From a virus (Duplodnaviria > Caudoviricetes): DNA of 64,000 bases. Below, in pieces: positions 36,314 to 45,071 of the stretch. The notes below the pieces were generated by a model that saw only the letters and a list, made by a program, of their open reading frames with translations, was not told the origin of the DNA and searched no databases. The number at the start of each line of letters is the position of its first letter. The first letter of the stretch is position 1. The stretch covers positions 26,553 to 90,552 of the IMG/VR virus record IMGVR_UViG_2706795985_000001; one strand, given 5' to 3'. The position numbers and the translations under genes are program-made.

Positions 36314-37315
36314 ATGACAGGTTTTACATTTGTAACAACAACTACCACCCAAACCGCTGGTGGTCAAAAGCGCGAAGTTGACTGGGATGGCTTGAATGGC
36401 CACGTCATTGAAATGGCAAAGACCCAAGACAAAGCGCGTTCTATACCGGGCGTAATTTCGGGTATCATCGACCTCGGTGAGCAAAACCTTGACGACGCTG
36501 AACAAGTGTTCGTTGGTGATGCCGCTGCTGAAGCTGCCGCAATCGCTGAAAAGCCTGCGACCTACTTCAAAGATGGTTTCGATGACAAGGGTAAGCCTTG
36601 CCGTCTGAAATGCTGGCCTCAGAAACCAGTGCAACAAATGGCAGTTACCATTGACTTCCCGCAAGTGATGGTTGACAAGGGCAAGTATTTCGGTAACAGC
36701 AACCCGCTACCTCTGCGTCTGTTGCTGAACCGTGAGTTCACTCTGCCGGGTGACAAGACCAAAATCGTTGCATCGCCATACAACATTCGTGAAACCAAAC
36801 ACGATCTGGGTGGTGGTAAAACAACTTGGGCTTTCGCCAAGAACAACGGACTGCACAAACTGGCTGACGCCTGTGGCCTGCTTGACGCCAACGGTCTTTT
36901 CACTAAGAACCGCATCGGTGAATTGCTGGGTAAAGTTGCACAGTTCCAGTTCCAAGTGTTCATGAAGCCGGGTAAAACCGCTGGCACTTCATACTTCACT
37001 GAAGTAGTTAAGCTGGTTGGTATGGTTCCAGAAGGCGTTCCACTGCCTGAAGCTCCAGAAGGTACTCTGTACGGTGTGAACCTGTACGCTGCTAACGATG
37101 CAGAAGCTGTGAAGCAACTGCGTGTGTGCATCAAGAACCACATCATGAGAGCAAACAATTATGAAGGCTCTATCCTGAAAGGTGAGCTGGAAGCGTTGGA
37201 GGGTGGTAAGACCCAAGCTGCACCGCAAGAGGCTGCAAAGCCTGTGACTGGCATTGCTCCGAGTGCTCCAGTGGGTGGCGATGACAGTTTCGATGACTCG
37301 GACGCTCCTTTTTGA
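36314..37315 (+). CDS. Putative single-stranded DNA-binding protein
   Basis: 333 aa; acidic tail DDSFDDSDAPF typical of phage SSBs; replication module. Confidence 0.65.
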   Translation: MTGFTFVTTTTTQTAGGQKREVDWDGLNGHVIEMAKTQDKARSIPGVISGIIDLGEQNLDDAEQVFVGDAAAEAAAIAEKPATYFKDGFDDKGKPCRLKCWPQKPVQQMAVTIDFPQVMVDKGKYFGNSNPLPLRLLLNREFTLPGDKTKIVASPYNIRETKHDLGGGKTTWAFAKNNGLHKLADACGLLDANGLFTKNRIGELLGKVAQFQFQVFMKPGKTAGTSYFTEVVKLVGMVPEGVPLPEAPEGTLYGVNLYAANDAEAVKQLRVCIKNHIMRANNYEGSILKGELEALEGGKTQAAPQEAAKPVTGIAPSAPVGGDDSFDDSDAPF

Positions 37316-37713
37316 TCTGTAGGGAATGTGGGGCTGAAAAGCCCCATACAGACTTCTATGAATCAAATAAGTCAAGATGCAAGGATTGTGTAAAAGCATC
37401 CGTAAGGCTTAGAAGAAAGGAAAACCCGGCTGTACAAGAGTATGATAGAAAGAGGGGTAATCGACAGAACCTGACTGACCTCAGAAAATATCGTGAAGCC
37501 AATCCTAAGAAGTACAAAGCACAGACTTGGGTGAATAATGCAGTACGTGATGGTCGTCTGGTTAAGGCACACAACTCACAGTTGTGTAACAGCAACTTCG
37601 CAATTGAAGGCCACCATGATGATTATGATCAACCAAAGGTTGTACGTTGGTTGTGTAGCAGGTGCCACTCTCTGTGGCATACTGAACACGGAGAAGCATT
37701 AAATCCGTTCTAA
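37312..37713 (+). CDS. HNH-like endonuclease with N-terminal zinc finger
   Basis: CREC..CKDC; EGHHDDY..VRWLCSRCH. Confidence 0.65.
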   Translation: MICRECGAEKPHTDFYESNKSRCKDCVKASVRLRRKENPAVQEYDRKRGNRQNLTDLRKYREANPKKYKAQTWVNNAVRDGRLVKAHNSQLCNSNFAIEGHHDDYDQPKVVRWLCSRCHSLWHTEHGEALNPF

Positions 37714-37776
37714 GGGTTAACACTGAAGGGCACACCTATGAGTGTGCCCTCATCCCAACACACATAGGAGTGGATA

Positions 37777-37896
37777 ATGAACGTCTTTTGGCTGATCTTC
37801 TGGGCATGCGTTGTAGTTGATGTACTTGTCCCCGGCGTAAACCTCGCACTAGGTTGGTACATCCTTTGGGGTATTCTTGGTTTGGCAACTACTTAA
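37777..37896 (+). CDS. Small hydrophobic peptide (39 aa)
   Basis: AGGAG SD; two short hydrophobic segments. Confidence 0.5.
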   Translation: MNVFWLIFWACVVVDVLVPGVNLALGWYILWGILGLATT

Positions 37897-37908
37897 GGAG
37901 TATAGAAC

Positions 37909-38097
37909 ATGAGCGAAATTTATTCTTTTACACAGCAAGAGCTTGAAAAAGCTTATGATCTCTGGTTTGCTGATTATGAGGCAGACAAAGAATCCTTTAT
38001 AGACTATGATGATAAAGATTTTGATTCAGCCAACTATGGCAAGTATTCTGCTGATATGATAATTAAATACCTGAACAAAATTACGGAGGCACAATGA
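37909..38097 (+). CDS. Hypothetical acidic protein
   Basis: AAGGAG SD. Confidence 0.55.
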   Translation: MSEIYSFTQQELEKAYDLWFADYEADKESFIDYDDKDFDSANYGKYSADMIIKYLNKITEAQ

Positions 38098-38345
38098 CTC
38101 AAGACGAACTATTTCAACGCTATATCACACTAGAACTTAACTCTCTGGCAGCCAAGGAAGATGTAAAGGCTCTTACTGAGGAAGCCAAAGAAGCTGGCTT
38201 TGATAAAGTGGATATTGGGCTTATCAAAGCCTCTGCAAAAATTCATGTAGCAGATGCTTTTGAAGAAAAGAGTGAAGCAGCACGTGCTCTGGAAGCAAAG
38301 TATAAAGAGTTGACGGGATATGATCAAGATGAGCCTAAGTATTGA
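38094..38345 (+). CDS. Putative dsDNA-binding protein (GapR/DUF2312- or T4 DsbA-like)
   Basis: KEDVKALTEEAKEAGFD resembles the GapR DIKDVYAEAKGNGFD helix (recalled). Confidence 0.5.
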   Translation: MTQDELFQRYITLELNSLAAKEDVKALTEEAKEAGFDKVDIGLIKASAKIHVADAFEEKSEAARALEAKYKELTGYDQDEPKY

Positions 38346-38357
38346 TTGAAACAAATT

Positions 38358-38382
38358 GGGAGCTTAAAAGGCTCCCTTTTTT
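38358..38382 (+). terminator. Intrinsic terminator
   Basis: GGGAGC...GCTCCC plus T tract. Confidence 0.8.
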
Positions 38383-38400
38383 GCTATTTGGAGGAAATAA

Positions 38401-39060
38401 ATGTCAAGAAGTAAACCTAAACTGGTACAAGGTGTTGGAACTAATGACGCGGACTATGTAGTTCAACCTATGGTGAACGGGAAACAAGTTGTATGTCCTT
38501 TCTATAACAGATGGTACGCTATGATAAAGAGATGCTACTCTGAGAAAGAGCTAAAGAAACACCCAGAATATAGAGATAAGTATGTTTGCTCCGAGTGGCT
38601 ACTATTCTCAAACTTCAAAGCTTGGATGGAAACCCAAGATTGGAAGGGGAAACATCTTGACAAAGACCTACTTGTTCAGGGGAACAAGGTGTACAGCCCT
38701 GAAACGTGTGTATTTGTACCTGCTTGGTTGAACAGCCTTCTAACAGACTCTGAGGCTAAACGCGGGGATTTGCCTCTTGGGGTTAGTAGAAAGTCTCTAG
38801 ACAGTAAAATGGTAAACCCACATAGTGTTCCCTACCTATCACATGTTAATGGCTGTACTCCAAGGTATCGAGGGGCATTTAAGACGTCGAGTGAAGCCCA
38901 CAAAGCTTGGCAGGTTGGTAAAGCTGTTGCCATTGAAGCGGCTGTCACTAAAATCTTAGAAGAAGTTCCTAATAGCATTGACATTGTCAACTCATTAATG
39001 GCTAGGGTTGCCCTGCTGAAGTTTGAAGCTGATAACAATATACAGACACAGGAGTTGTAA
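38401..39060 (+). CDS. Free-standing HNH-type homing endonuclease (paralogue of 31254)
   Basis: KLVQGVGTNDADY..CY..EWLLFSNF..LDKDLL..YSPETCVFV. Confidence 0.75.
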   Translation: MSRSKPKLVQGVGTNDADYVVQPMVNGKQVVCPFYNRWYAMIKRCYSEKELKKHPEYRDKYVCSEWLLFSNFKAWMETQDWKGKHLDKDLLVQGNKVYSPETCVFVPAWLNSLLTDSEAKRGDLPLGVSRKSLDSKMVNPHSVPYLSHVNGCTPRYRGAFKTSSEAHKAWQVGKAVAIEAAVTKILEEVPNSIDIVNSLMARVALLKFEADNNIQTQEL

Positions 39061-40092
39061 ATGACAGACCTACTTATTTTTGATGCTGATAGCATTGCAT
39101 ACAAGGCTTCAAGCGCGAGTGAGACAAAGACAATCTGCACACAGCGCATCGAGAAGGGTGTAATTGAGCATTGGGATAACCGTACAGCGTTCCGTGCCTT
39201 CCTGAAGGACACGCCATACACTGAGGACATGTACACCATCACTGACGTTCAAGAGGCTCGCCACTCAAGTTATGGCAAGAGTTTGATTCGTGAGATGATC
39301 AAGGGATACCACAACCGAACTGGTGTATCCAAGGGTGAAATTTACATCTCAGGGGCAGACAATTTTAGGGATAGCCTTCCTTTACCTGCTGAGTACACCG
39401 TAACAATTGGCAAGTGGGCTGGTATAAGCACATTAGGTGGCAGATATAAGTCTAACAGAGACGGTAATATTCGCCCGTTGCAATTAAAAGAACTTAGACA
39501 CTATATGATCACAGACTTGGGCGCTGTGGTTGTGAACGGTATGGAGGTTGATGATAAATCTTCTATTCGTGCTTACGAGGGTTATAAGAACAAAACTCGT
39601 GTTATTCAAGTAACAAGTGATAAAGATGCTTTGCAGTGTACAGGTTGGCTATGGAACCCTGATAAGAGTAAGAAACCTGAGTTGATTACCGGGTTTGGTG
39701 AGCTTCATAAAGACGGTAAAACAATCAAAGGTACGGGACGCATGTTCTTGTATTACCAAGCTCTATACGGAGATAAAGTTGATGGCTACCATGCCTGTGA
39801 CTTGTGGAAGATGGAACAAGACCGACTTGGTAAAACTGCAACCTTTGGAGAAGTAACTGCCTACAACCTGCTTAAAGATTGTAAGAATGATAAAGAGGCA
39901 TGGACCGCACTTCACAGGCAATACCAAAATTGGTATCCAGGGCCAGTGATTTATGCAGCGTGGGATGGTATTATTCATACAAAAGATTCTGTTGATCTTA
40001 TGCAACTTTACTTCAACTGCGCGTTCATGCTCCGTTGGGAAGGAGACTCAGTTAATTGCAGGGAGGTTTTGAGCAAGTATGGAATTATCTAG
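39061..40092 (+). CDS. 5'-3' exonuclease (T7 gp6 / FEN-like)
   Basis: LIFDADS, NFR, EVDD, SDKD, GDKVDG motifs. Confidence 0.8.
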   Translation: MTDLLIFDADSIAYKASSASETKTICTQRIEKGVIEHWDNRTAFRAFLKDTPYTEDMYTITDVQEARHSSYGKSLIREMIKGYHNRTGVSKGEIYISGADNFRDSLPLPAEYTVTIGKWAGISTLGGRYKSNRDGNIRPLQLKELRHYMITDLGAVVVNGMEVDDKSSIRAYEGYKNKTRVIQVTSDKDALQCTGWLWNPDKSKKPELITGFGELHKDGKTIKGTGRMFLYYQALYGDKVDGYHACDLWKMEQDRLGKTATFGEVTAYNLLKDCKNDKEAWTALHRQYQNWYPGPVIYAAWDGIIHTKDSVDLMQLYFNCAFMLRWEGDSVNCREVLSKYGII

Positions 40093-40181
40093 AGTTTTGG
40101 AACTTTTAGACTTGTCAGGCGAGAAGCCTAATACAATCTCTACCAGACTTAAGAGGGGTTGGAGTGTCAGGGAGGGTACTT

Positions 40182-40727
40182 ATGGAAGAAACTAAGATAG
40201 TATGGGGTCCAAGCACTCCTTGGAAGAACTCTGTAGAGTTTTTTACATTCCTACGAGGTTCTTTAAGAAGGGTTTGGTCTAAACACCCGGCAAAACTAAA
40301 CCTTGTTAAGAAGGTAAGGAAACAGATACCCAACCCGGCCGGAAAAGGTAAGGCATTAGTATGGGGTTTTGAGTGTGCCGTTTGTCACAAAGACTTCACT
40401 ATAAAAGAGGGCCAAGTTGACCACATCGTGGCTGCGGGGAGCCTAACAAAAATCTCTGATATCCAAGGCTTTGTAGAAAGATTGTTGTATGTGAATGAAA
40501 ATGACTTGCGTCTGGTATGTAAGTTGTGTAATAGTACACTGGCTTACGCAGAGAGGACTGGACTATCACACGAAGATGCAGCAATTGAAAAGCAAGCAAT
40601 TATCATTTGCAAAAGAACGGCTAATGAGGTAAAATCTTGGATTACCAAAAGGGGTGGGGTTCCTGCGCGTCTGGCTAAGGAAAGGCGTGAGCAGGTTGTT
40701 AAATTATTGAAGGAGGTAGAACAATGA
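40182..40727 (+). CDS. HNH endonuclease (probably a core replication/packaging nuclease)
   Basis: CAVC..QVDHI..LVCKLCN; GGAGG SD. Confidence 0.7.
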   Translation: MEETKIVWGPSTPWKNSVEFFTFLRGSLRRVWSKHPAKLNLVKKVRKQIPNPAGKGKALVWGFECAVCHKDFTIKEGQVDHIVAAGSLTKISDIQGFVERLLYVNENDLRLVCKLCNSTLAYAERTGLSHEDAAIEKQAIIICKRTANEVKSWITKRGGVPARLAKERREQVVKLLKEVEQ

Positions 40728-41635
40728 GTGGGTGGAAAGAAGAAGCCAAGCAATACTGGCTGGACGGCGTGAGCCAACGTAAAATTTCAAAATTACTGGG
40801 AGTGCCACGTACTACAGTTGGAGACTACATCCGTAGAATGGGTTGTGTTCCATATGAATCAAGCCCTGCTGTTGGGCCAAAGATTCTGTTTATCGATATT
40901 GAAACCAAACCCATTCTTGCACAAGTGTGGCGACTATGGGACCAGAACGTAGGTCTCAATCAGATTGAGCAGGACTGGAGTATCCTTTCATTCTGTGCTA
41001 AGTGGAAAGGTTGTGAGGACGTTGTTTACATGGACCTAAAAGATCAGGATGACTTTGAGGATGATAGTACCCTACTTGACAGCCTGTGGCGTCTACTCAA
41101 CGAAGCTGATTTTGTGGTTGGTCAAAACTCCAAGCGCTTTGATGTTAAGAAGATCAACGCTCGGTTTATTTTAAATGGTATGCCGAAGCCATCCACATTC
41201 CGACAGATTGACACCATGGAGATTGCTAAGCGTCAGTTTGGCTTCACCAGTAATAAACTGGCGTATATGACGGACAAACTATGCACCGTGTATAAGAAGC
41301 TTGACCATCAGAAATTTTCAGGCCACAGCTTGTGGGCAGAGTGTCTAAAAGGCAATCCCGAGGCGTGGGCAGAGATGAAGGAGTACAATATTTATGACGT
41401 GCTCTCTCTGGAAGAGTTGTATGATATTCTTTCAAGTTGGGATGATAAACTCCCTAATTTTGATGTTTACGTTGATGGAGTCTTGGATATGTCTGAATGG
41501 CAAGTGGACGGATTTCACTACTCAAACCTTGGAAAGTATAAGAGGTATCGTAATACGCGCACAGGAGAGCAACGCAGATCCCGTGTGAACACCCTCTCTA
41601 AAGAAAAACGTGAAAGTTTGTTGAGAAATATCTAA
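40724..41635 (+). CDS. RNase H-like 3'-5' exonuclease with N-terminal HTH
   Basis: SQRKISKLLGVPRTTV HTH; FIDIET, NSKRFD, YNIYDV DEDD motifs. Confidence 0.75.
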   Translation: MSGWKEEAKQYWLDGVSQRKISKLLGVPRTTVGDYIRRMGCVPYESSPAVGPKILFIDIETKPILAQVWRLWDQNVGLNQIEQDWSILSFCAKWKGCEDVVYMDLKDQDDFEDDSTLLDSLWRLLNEADFVVGQNSKRFDVKKINARFILNGMPKPSTFRQIDTMEIAKRQFGFTSNKLAYMTDKLCTVYKKLDHQKFSGHSLWAECLKGNPEAWAEMKEYNIYDVLSLEELYDILSSWDDKLPNFDVYVDGVLDMSEWQVDGFHYSNLGKYKRYRNTRTGEQRRSRVNTLSKEKRESLLRNI

Positions 41636-41709
41636 TGGATGTAGATCATAGAGGATGGTTTCGGCTTGCCGTGCCCGGTGTCTCTGGACTTCCTAACTAA
41701 AAAATACGC

Positions 41710-41739
41710 TTGACATGACAAGAGCTGCCATTGTATGAT
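41710..41739 (+). promoter_or_regulatory. sigma70-type promoter
   Basis: TTGACA-N18-TATGAT. Confidence 0.6.
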
Positions 41740-41769
41740 GGCAGCTCATTTTCGTTAAGGAGGTTTAAA

Positions 41770-42078
41770 ATGTCAATTCATCGTAGAGTAAATGAGGCTT
41801 ACAGCTTTCAGCTACTAAATAGCTTCAAGGAAAACAATACCTTCCCCGACACCGCTCAAGGTATGGTAGATTATCTATTCCAGGATGAGAGTGACTACAA
41901 AGTCTACCATTTAAAGGAAGTTTACAATAAATCCACCCTTGTAAACAGGCTCAACCTTTTATGGGTATACCCAATTTGGCTTGTGGCGTCTCCATTTTTG
42001 TGGGTATTCACTGGCAGTGCCGGAGTTGATAATCACAGTAAGCTTGGAAAGTTTTTAGCAAAAATCACTAACGTGTAG
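41770..42078 (+). CDS. Hypothetical membrane protein
   Basis: AAGGAGG SD before ATG 41770; hydrophobic C-terminal segment. Confidence 0.6.
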   Translation: MSIHRRVNEAYSFQLLNSFKENNTFPDTAQGMVDYLFQDESDYKVYHLKEVYNKSTLVNRLNLLWVYPIWLVASPFLWVFTGSAGVDNHSKLGKFLAKITNV

Positions 42079-42090
42079 GAGTAGTGACTA

Positions 42091-42303
42091 ATGTCACAGA
42101 GTAAGAAACAATCCATGAAAGAAACGCTGTCCAACACGGGCATTGGTATGGTTGGCAGTTGGCTCATTACAATGGTGACTTTCCACCTTGTAAGTGATTT
42201 GACAATTGCCTCCACAATAGCTACAATTGGTTGTACAGTTTGGAGCATTGGTCGAGGATATTGTGTCCGTCGATATTTTAACAGCAGAGGAGAAACAAAA
42301 TGA
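42091..42303 (+). CDS. Small two-TM membrane protein
   Basis: MSQSKKQSMKETLSN..SIGRGYCVRRYFN. Confidence 0.6.
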   Translation: MSQSKKQSMKETLSNTGIGMVGSWLITMVTFHLVSDLTIASTIATIGCTVWSIGRGYCVRRYFNSRGETK

Positions 42304-42448
42304 GTGATAAACTATCCCTAGAGCAAGCAGAGTTGGCTTTTTCTATTCTTGCGTTGATGATAGAAAAATTTCCAGATAATCCTGAGCTGACAGTTGCTCC
42401 ACTTGAGATTGTCTACAATGCTACTAAGCAATCTGTAGAGGAAGCCGA

Positions 42449-42664
42449 ATGAGTACAGTTAATGCATTCGACTTGTTAGATCCAAACGAGCTTCACAGCT
42501 TCGTACAGAAGCTCTTGGATGAACATGGAGAGACACCAGAGCAGCTAATGGTGTTGCTTGTTAAGCTGACAACAGCCAAAGCAATCCTTGAGGATGCCCT
42601 TGAGCTTGACGAGCCTTTAATGGCCACACTGGAAAAGGAGGAAGATGATGTACAAGGTGTCTGA
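42449..42664 (+). CDS. Hypothetical protein
   Basis: Coupled ORF in operon. Confidence 0.5.
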   Translation: MSTVNAFDLLDPNELHSFVQKLLDEHGETPEQLMVLLVKLTTAKAILEDALELDEPLMATLEKEEDDVQGV

Positions 42665-43223
42665 CATTGAGGATACTTCGAATGGTAAAATTTACACAGT
42701 TACAGATAGTGGTGAGGGCTGTCTAGTATTGGTAAGCTGGGCAGACGGGGCGTACGGTGCGGGCAAGACAGGGTACCTCAGGAGTACGGTAGAGAGTCTT
42801 GTAAGAAGTGGGCGTTGGAAGGTAGTAGGGGATAAAACTTCGGACATCTCTATAACTAACTTTGGAACTAAAGCAGATATGGGAATGTACCGCCCAGATA
42901 TTGAAACTCGAAAGGTTGGTAAGGTGCCAGTGCACATGGCAATAGATGGATTCCCACTTGCGTTGTTTGAAGTCAGCAAGGTCATGGGGTGGGCGGCTGA
43001 CGTTAAGGGTTACAAGCTTCACGACTGGCGTAACCTCCCAGATGCAGGTACCGCCTTGTCGTCAGCGGGCTACCGCCACATGCTTGAAAATAGTTTGCAG
43101 AAATCTCAGGGACTCTCTGCCACAGAAAGAGTGGACCATGAAAGTGGCTTAATCCATCTTGCCCACCAAGCTTTTAATATTTTGGCTGAGATGGAGCTTG
43201 TCCTTGGTGGAAAGATTGCCTAA
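42645..43223 (+). CDS. dATP/dGTP diphosphohydrolase-like protein (DUF5664 type)
   Basis: K..GKVP..P.AL.EV.KVM..KGY..W..YRH..DHESGLIHLAH motifs. Confidence 0.7.
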   Translation: MMYKVSDIEDTSNGKIYTVTDSGEGCLVLVSWADGAYGAGKTGYLRSTVESLVRSGRWKVVGDKTSDISITNFGTKADMGMYRPDIETRKVGKVPVHMAIDGFPLALFEVSKVMGWAADVKGYKLHDWRNLPDAGTALSSAGYRHMLENSLQKSQGLSATERVDHESGLIHLAHQAFNILAEMELVLGGKIA

Positions 43224-43291
43224 ACTTGTCCAAGGCATTGGAGTTTGCCAGTGAGCAGTGGAAGCAATCTTAAAAAGATTTGTTCATGATG

Positions 43292-43321
43292 TTGACACAC
43301 GTGGTCAAATCTGGGTATAAT
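43292..43321 (+). promoter_or_regulatory. sigma70-type promoter upstream of thyX
   Basis: TTGACA-N18-TATAAT. Confidence 0.75.
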
Positions 43322-43346
43322 AACGGCCTACACAGGCAATCACCAC

Positions 43347-43375
43347 AAAGGAAACCCTTAAAAGGTTTCCTTTTT
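43347..43375 (+). terminator. Intrinsic terminator between promoter and thyX
   Basis: AAAGGAAACC-cttaaaa-GGTTTCCTTT TT. Confidence 0.75.
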
Positions 43376-43393
43376 ACATTCAAGGGGGTAGGT

Positions 43394-44311
43394 TTGACAA
43401 TTACAGCAAAAATTATCGCACACTCTGTTGCACCTAATGGCCAGCAGATCGTAACATTTGAACTACAATACCCACGTTTTATCTTGGCTGAGTTCAACAC
43501 TCACCGAATCTTTAGCCGTAACTCTGCATCAAGTCGTGCTATTCCCGTAAAGACTATCATCGACCAAGTTAGAAACAACCCAGCAATACCTATCCACTTT
43601 GGGGCTAATCAGTCGGGGATGCAAGCGTCTGTAGAGTTGACTGGCATCAAACGTCAACAAGCTGTTAATGTCTGGGAATTCGCTGCTGATCGTGCCGCTG
43701 AATCTGCTGAGATATTGGCTGATCAAGGTGTACACAAACAAGTTGCAAACCGTATCCTTGAACCATTCCAGACTATGAAGACTGTCATGACAGCTACTTG
43801 CATGGACAACTTCTTCTGGCTTCGTAACCATGAAGATGCACAACCAGAAATCAAAGAGCTTGCTCGTTTGATGTGGGGAGCTTTGCAGGCAAGTACACCT
43901 AATGAGTTGAAGCCGGGCGAGTGGCATACCCCATATTTCGGAAATGGGTACTGGAGAGACACTTACGCTGGGTTTGGCTTTGACGGTATGAGCCTTGAAG
44001 AAGCTCTGGCAATCTCCTCTAGCTGCTGTGCTCAAGTGAGCTACCGTAAGCTGGATGACACTCTTGAGAAGGCTCAGATGGTGTATAAGCGTCTTGTAGA
44101 GAGTGAGCCGGTACATGCTAGCCCATTCGAACACAGTGCCACACCCATGGAGCGACCTTTCAACGAGCATTGGCATAACCAAGCTGAGCCTTGGCAGGAC
44201 GGCATTACTCATGTAGACCGTAGTGGCAATTTTTGGAGCGGCAACCTGATAGGGTGGGTGCAATTCAGACAGACGATCCCTAATAATGTGTGCCATAAAT
44301 ATGAACCATGA
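43394..44311 (+). CDS. thyX: Flavin-dependent thymidylate synthase
   Basis: TTG start; FNTHRIFSRNSASSRA (ThyX motif); ANRILEPF; RNHEDAQPEI; HASPFEH. Confidence 0.9.
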   Translation: MTITAKIIAHSVAPNGQQIVTFELQYPRFILAEFNTHRIFSRNSASSRAIPVKTIIDQVRNNPAIPIHFGANQSGMQASVELTGIKRQQAVNVWEFAADRAAESAEILADQGVHKQVANRILEPFQTMKTVMTATCMDNFFWLRNHEDAQPEIKELARLMWGALQASTPNELKPGEWHTPYFGNGYWRDTYAGFGFDGMSLEEALAISSSCCAQVSYRKLDDTLEKAQMVYKRLVESEPVHASPFEHSATPMERPFNEHWHNQAEPWQDGITHVDRSGNFWSGNLIGWVQFRQTIPNNVCHKYEP

Positions 44312-44735
44312 TTATGTGGCGGGCCTGTTTGACGGAGAGGGTTGCTTTGTTATAACAATTTCAAAGAATACCGGCAAGGTACGTAGGCAGGAGTTTTATT
44401 ACAAGGCTGAGGCTGCTATTGAAATCCGTGAAGAGTTCTTAGTGGATTTATTGATCAGCCTTTATGGAGGCAACAAAACTAAGAAGCTTCCAAGGAAAGA
44501 GGGACACTCTACAACTTACAGGTGGAAGATTAACGGCGAGAACTTAAAAGCTTTCTGTCAGCATATGGATGGTAGGTTCCTGCTTAAAGCTGAACAGTCC
44601 AAAGTGATCCTTGAGTTCTTCAAAGTAGGTGAAGGTAAGACAACGACCGCACTAACTGATGATCAAATTGCAAAGCAATTACATCTCAGATGTGTTATTA
44701 TGAATTTGAACAAGAAAGGAGTTTCACATGGCTGA
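44301..44735 (+). CDS. Free-standing single-motif LAGLIDADG endonuclease
   Basis: YVAGLFDGEGCF; overlaps thyX end by 11 nt. Confidence 0.85.
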   Translation: MNHDYVAGLFDGEGCFVITISKNTGKVRRQEFYYKAEAAIEIREEFLVDLLISLYGGNKTKKLPRKEGHSTTYRWKINGENLKAFCQHMDGRFLLKAEQSKVILEFFKVGEGKTTTALTDDQIAKQLHLRCVIMNLNKKGVSHG

Positions 44736-45069
44736 TTACGCATTGAGTTTCCGTGACCTAATGTTGGTTGACGGTTTTAAAGAAGCTCACGACACCCAGA
44801 ACAAAAAAGTTTTTGAGGCCATCCTCCAAACTAATGGTTTTGACGTGGCTCTGGGTTATGAACTTGTAGCCTGTAATCATAGAACTATTAACAACATTGA
44901 ATATTACGGTATCAGAGTTGAAGGTTTTGAGCGAACTGATAGTGCTTGGCTTGCAACTGGATGTGCGTCACTTGAAGCTCAGATTGAAGCAACTAAAGAC
45001 AAAACTTTGAGGCATACATTACGTGCAATGAGTTACCAAGGGACCATCACGCCAACAGCTGAGGATTAA
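44728..45069 (+). CDS. Hypothetical protein
   Basis: AAGGAG SD; between endonuclease and nrdB. Confidence 0.6.
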   Translation: MADYALSFRDLMLVDGFKEAHDTQNKKVFEAILQTNGFDVALGYELVACNHRTINNIEYYGIRVEGFERTDSAWLATGCASLEAQIEATKDKTLRHTLRAMSYQGTITPTAED

Positions 45070-45071
45070 GA

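Noticed and set aside
43529-44296. Long antisense ORFs (e.g. 43529-44296, 52329-53057, 36619-37158, 1760-2302)
   Set aside because: They shadow well-supported plus-strand genes, lack SDs or motifs, and are expected from codon bias.
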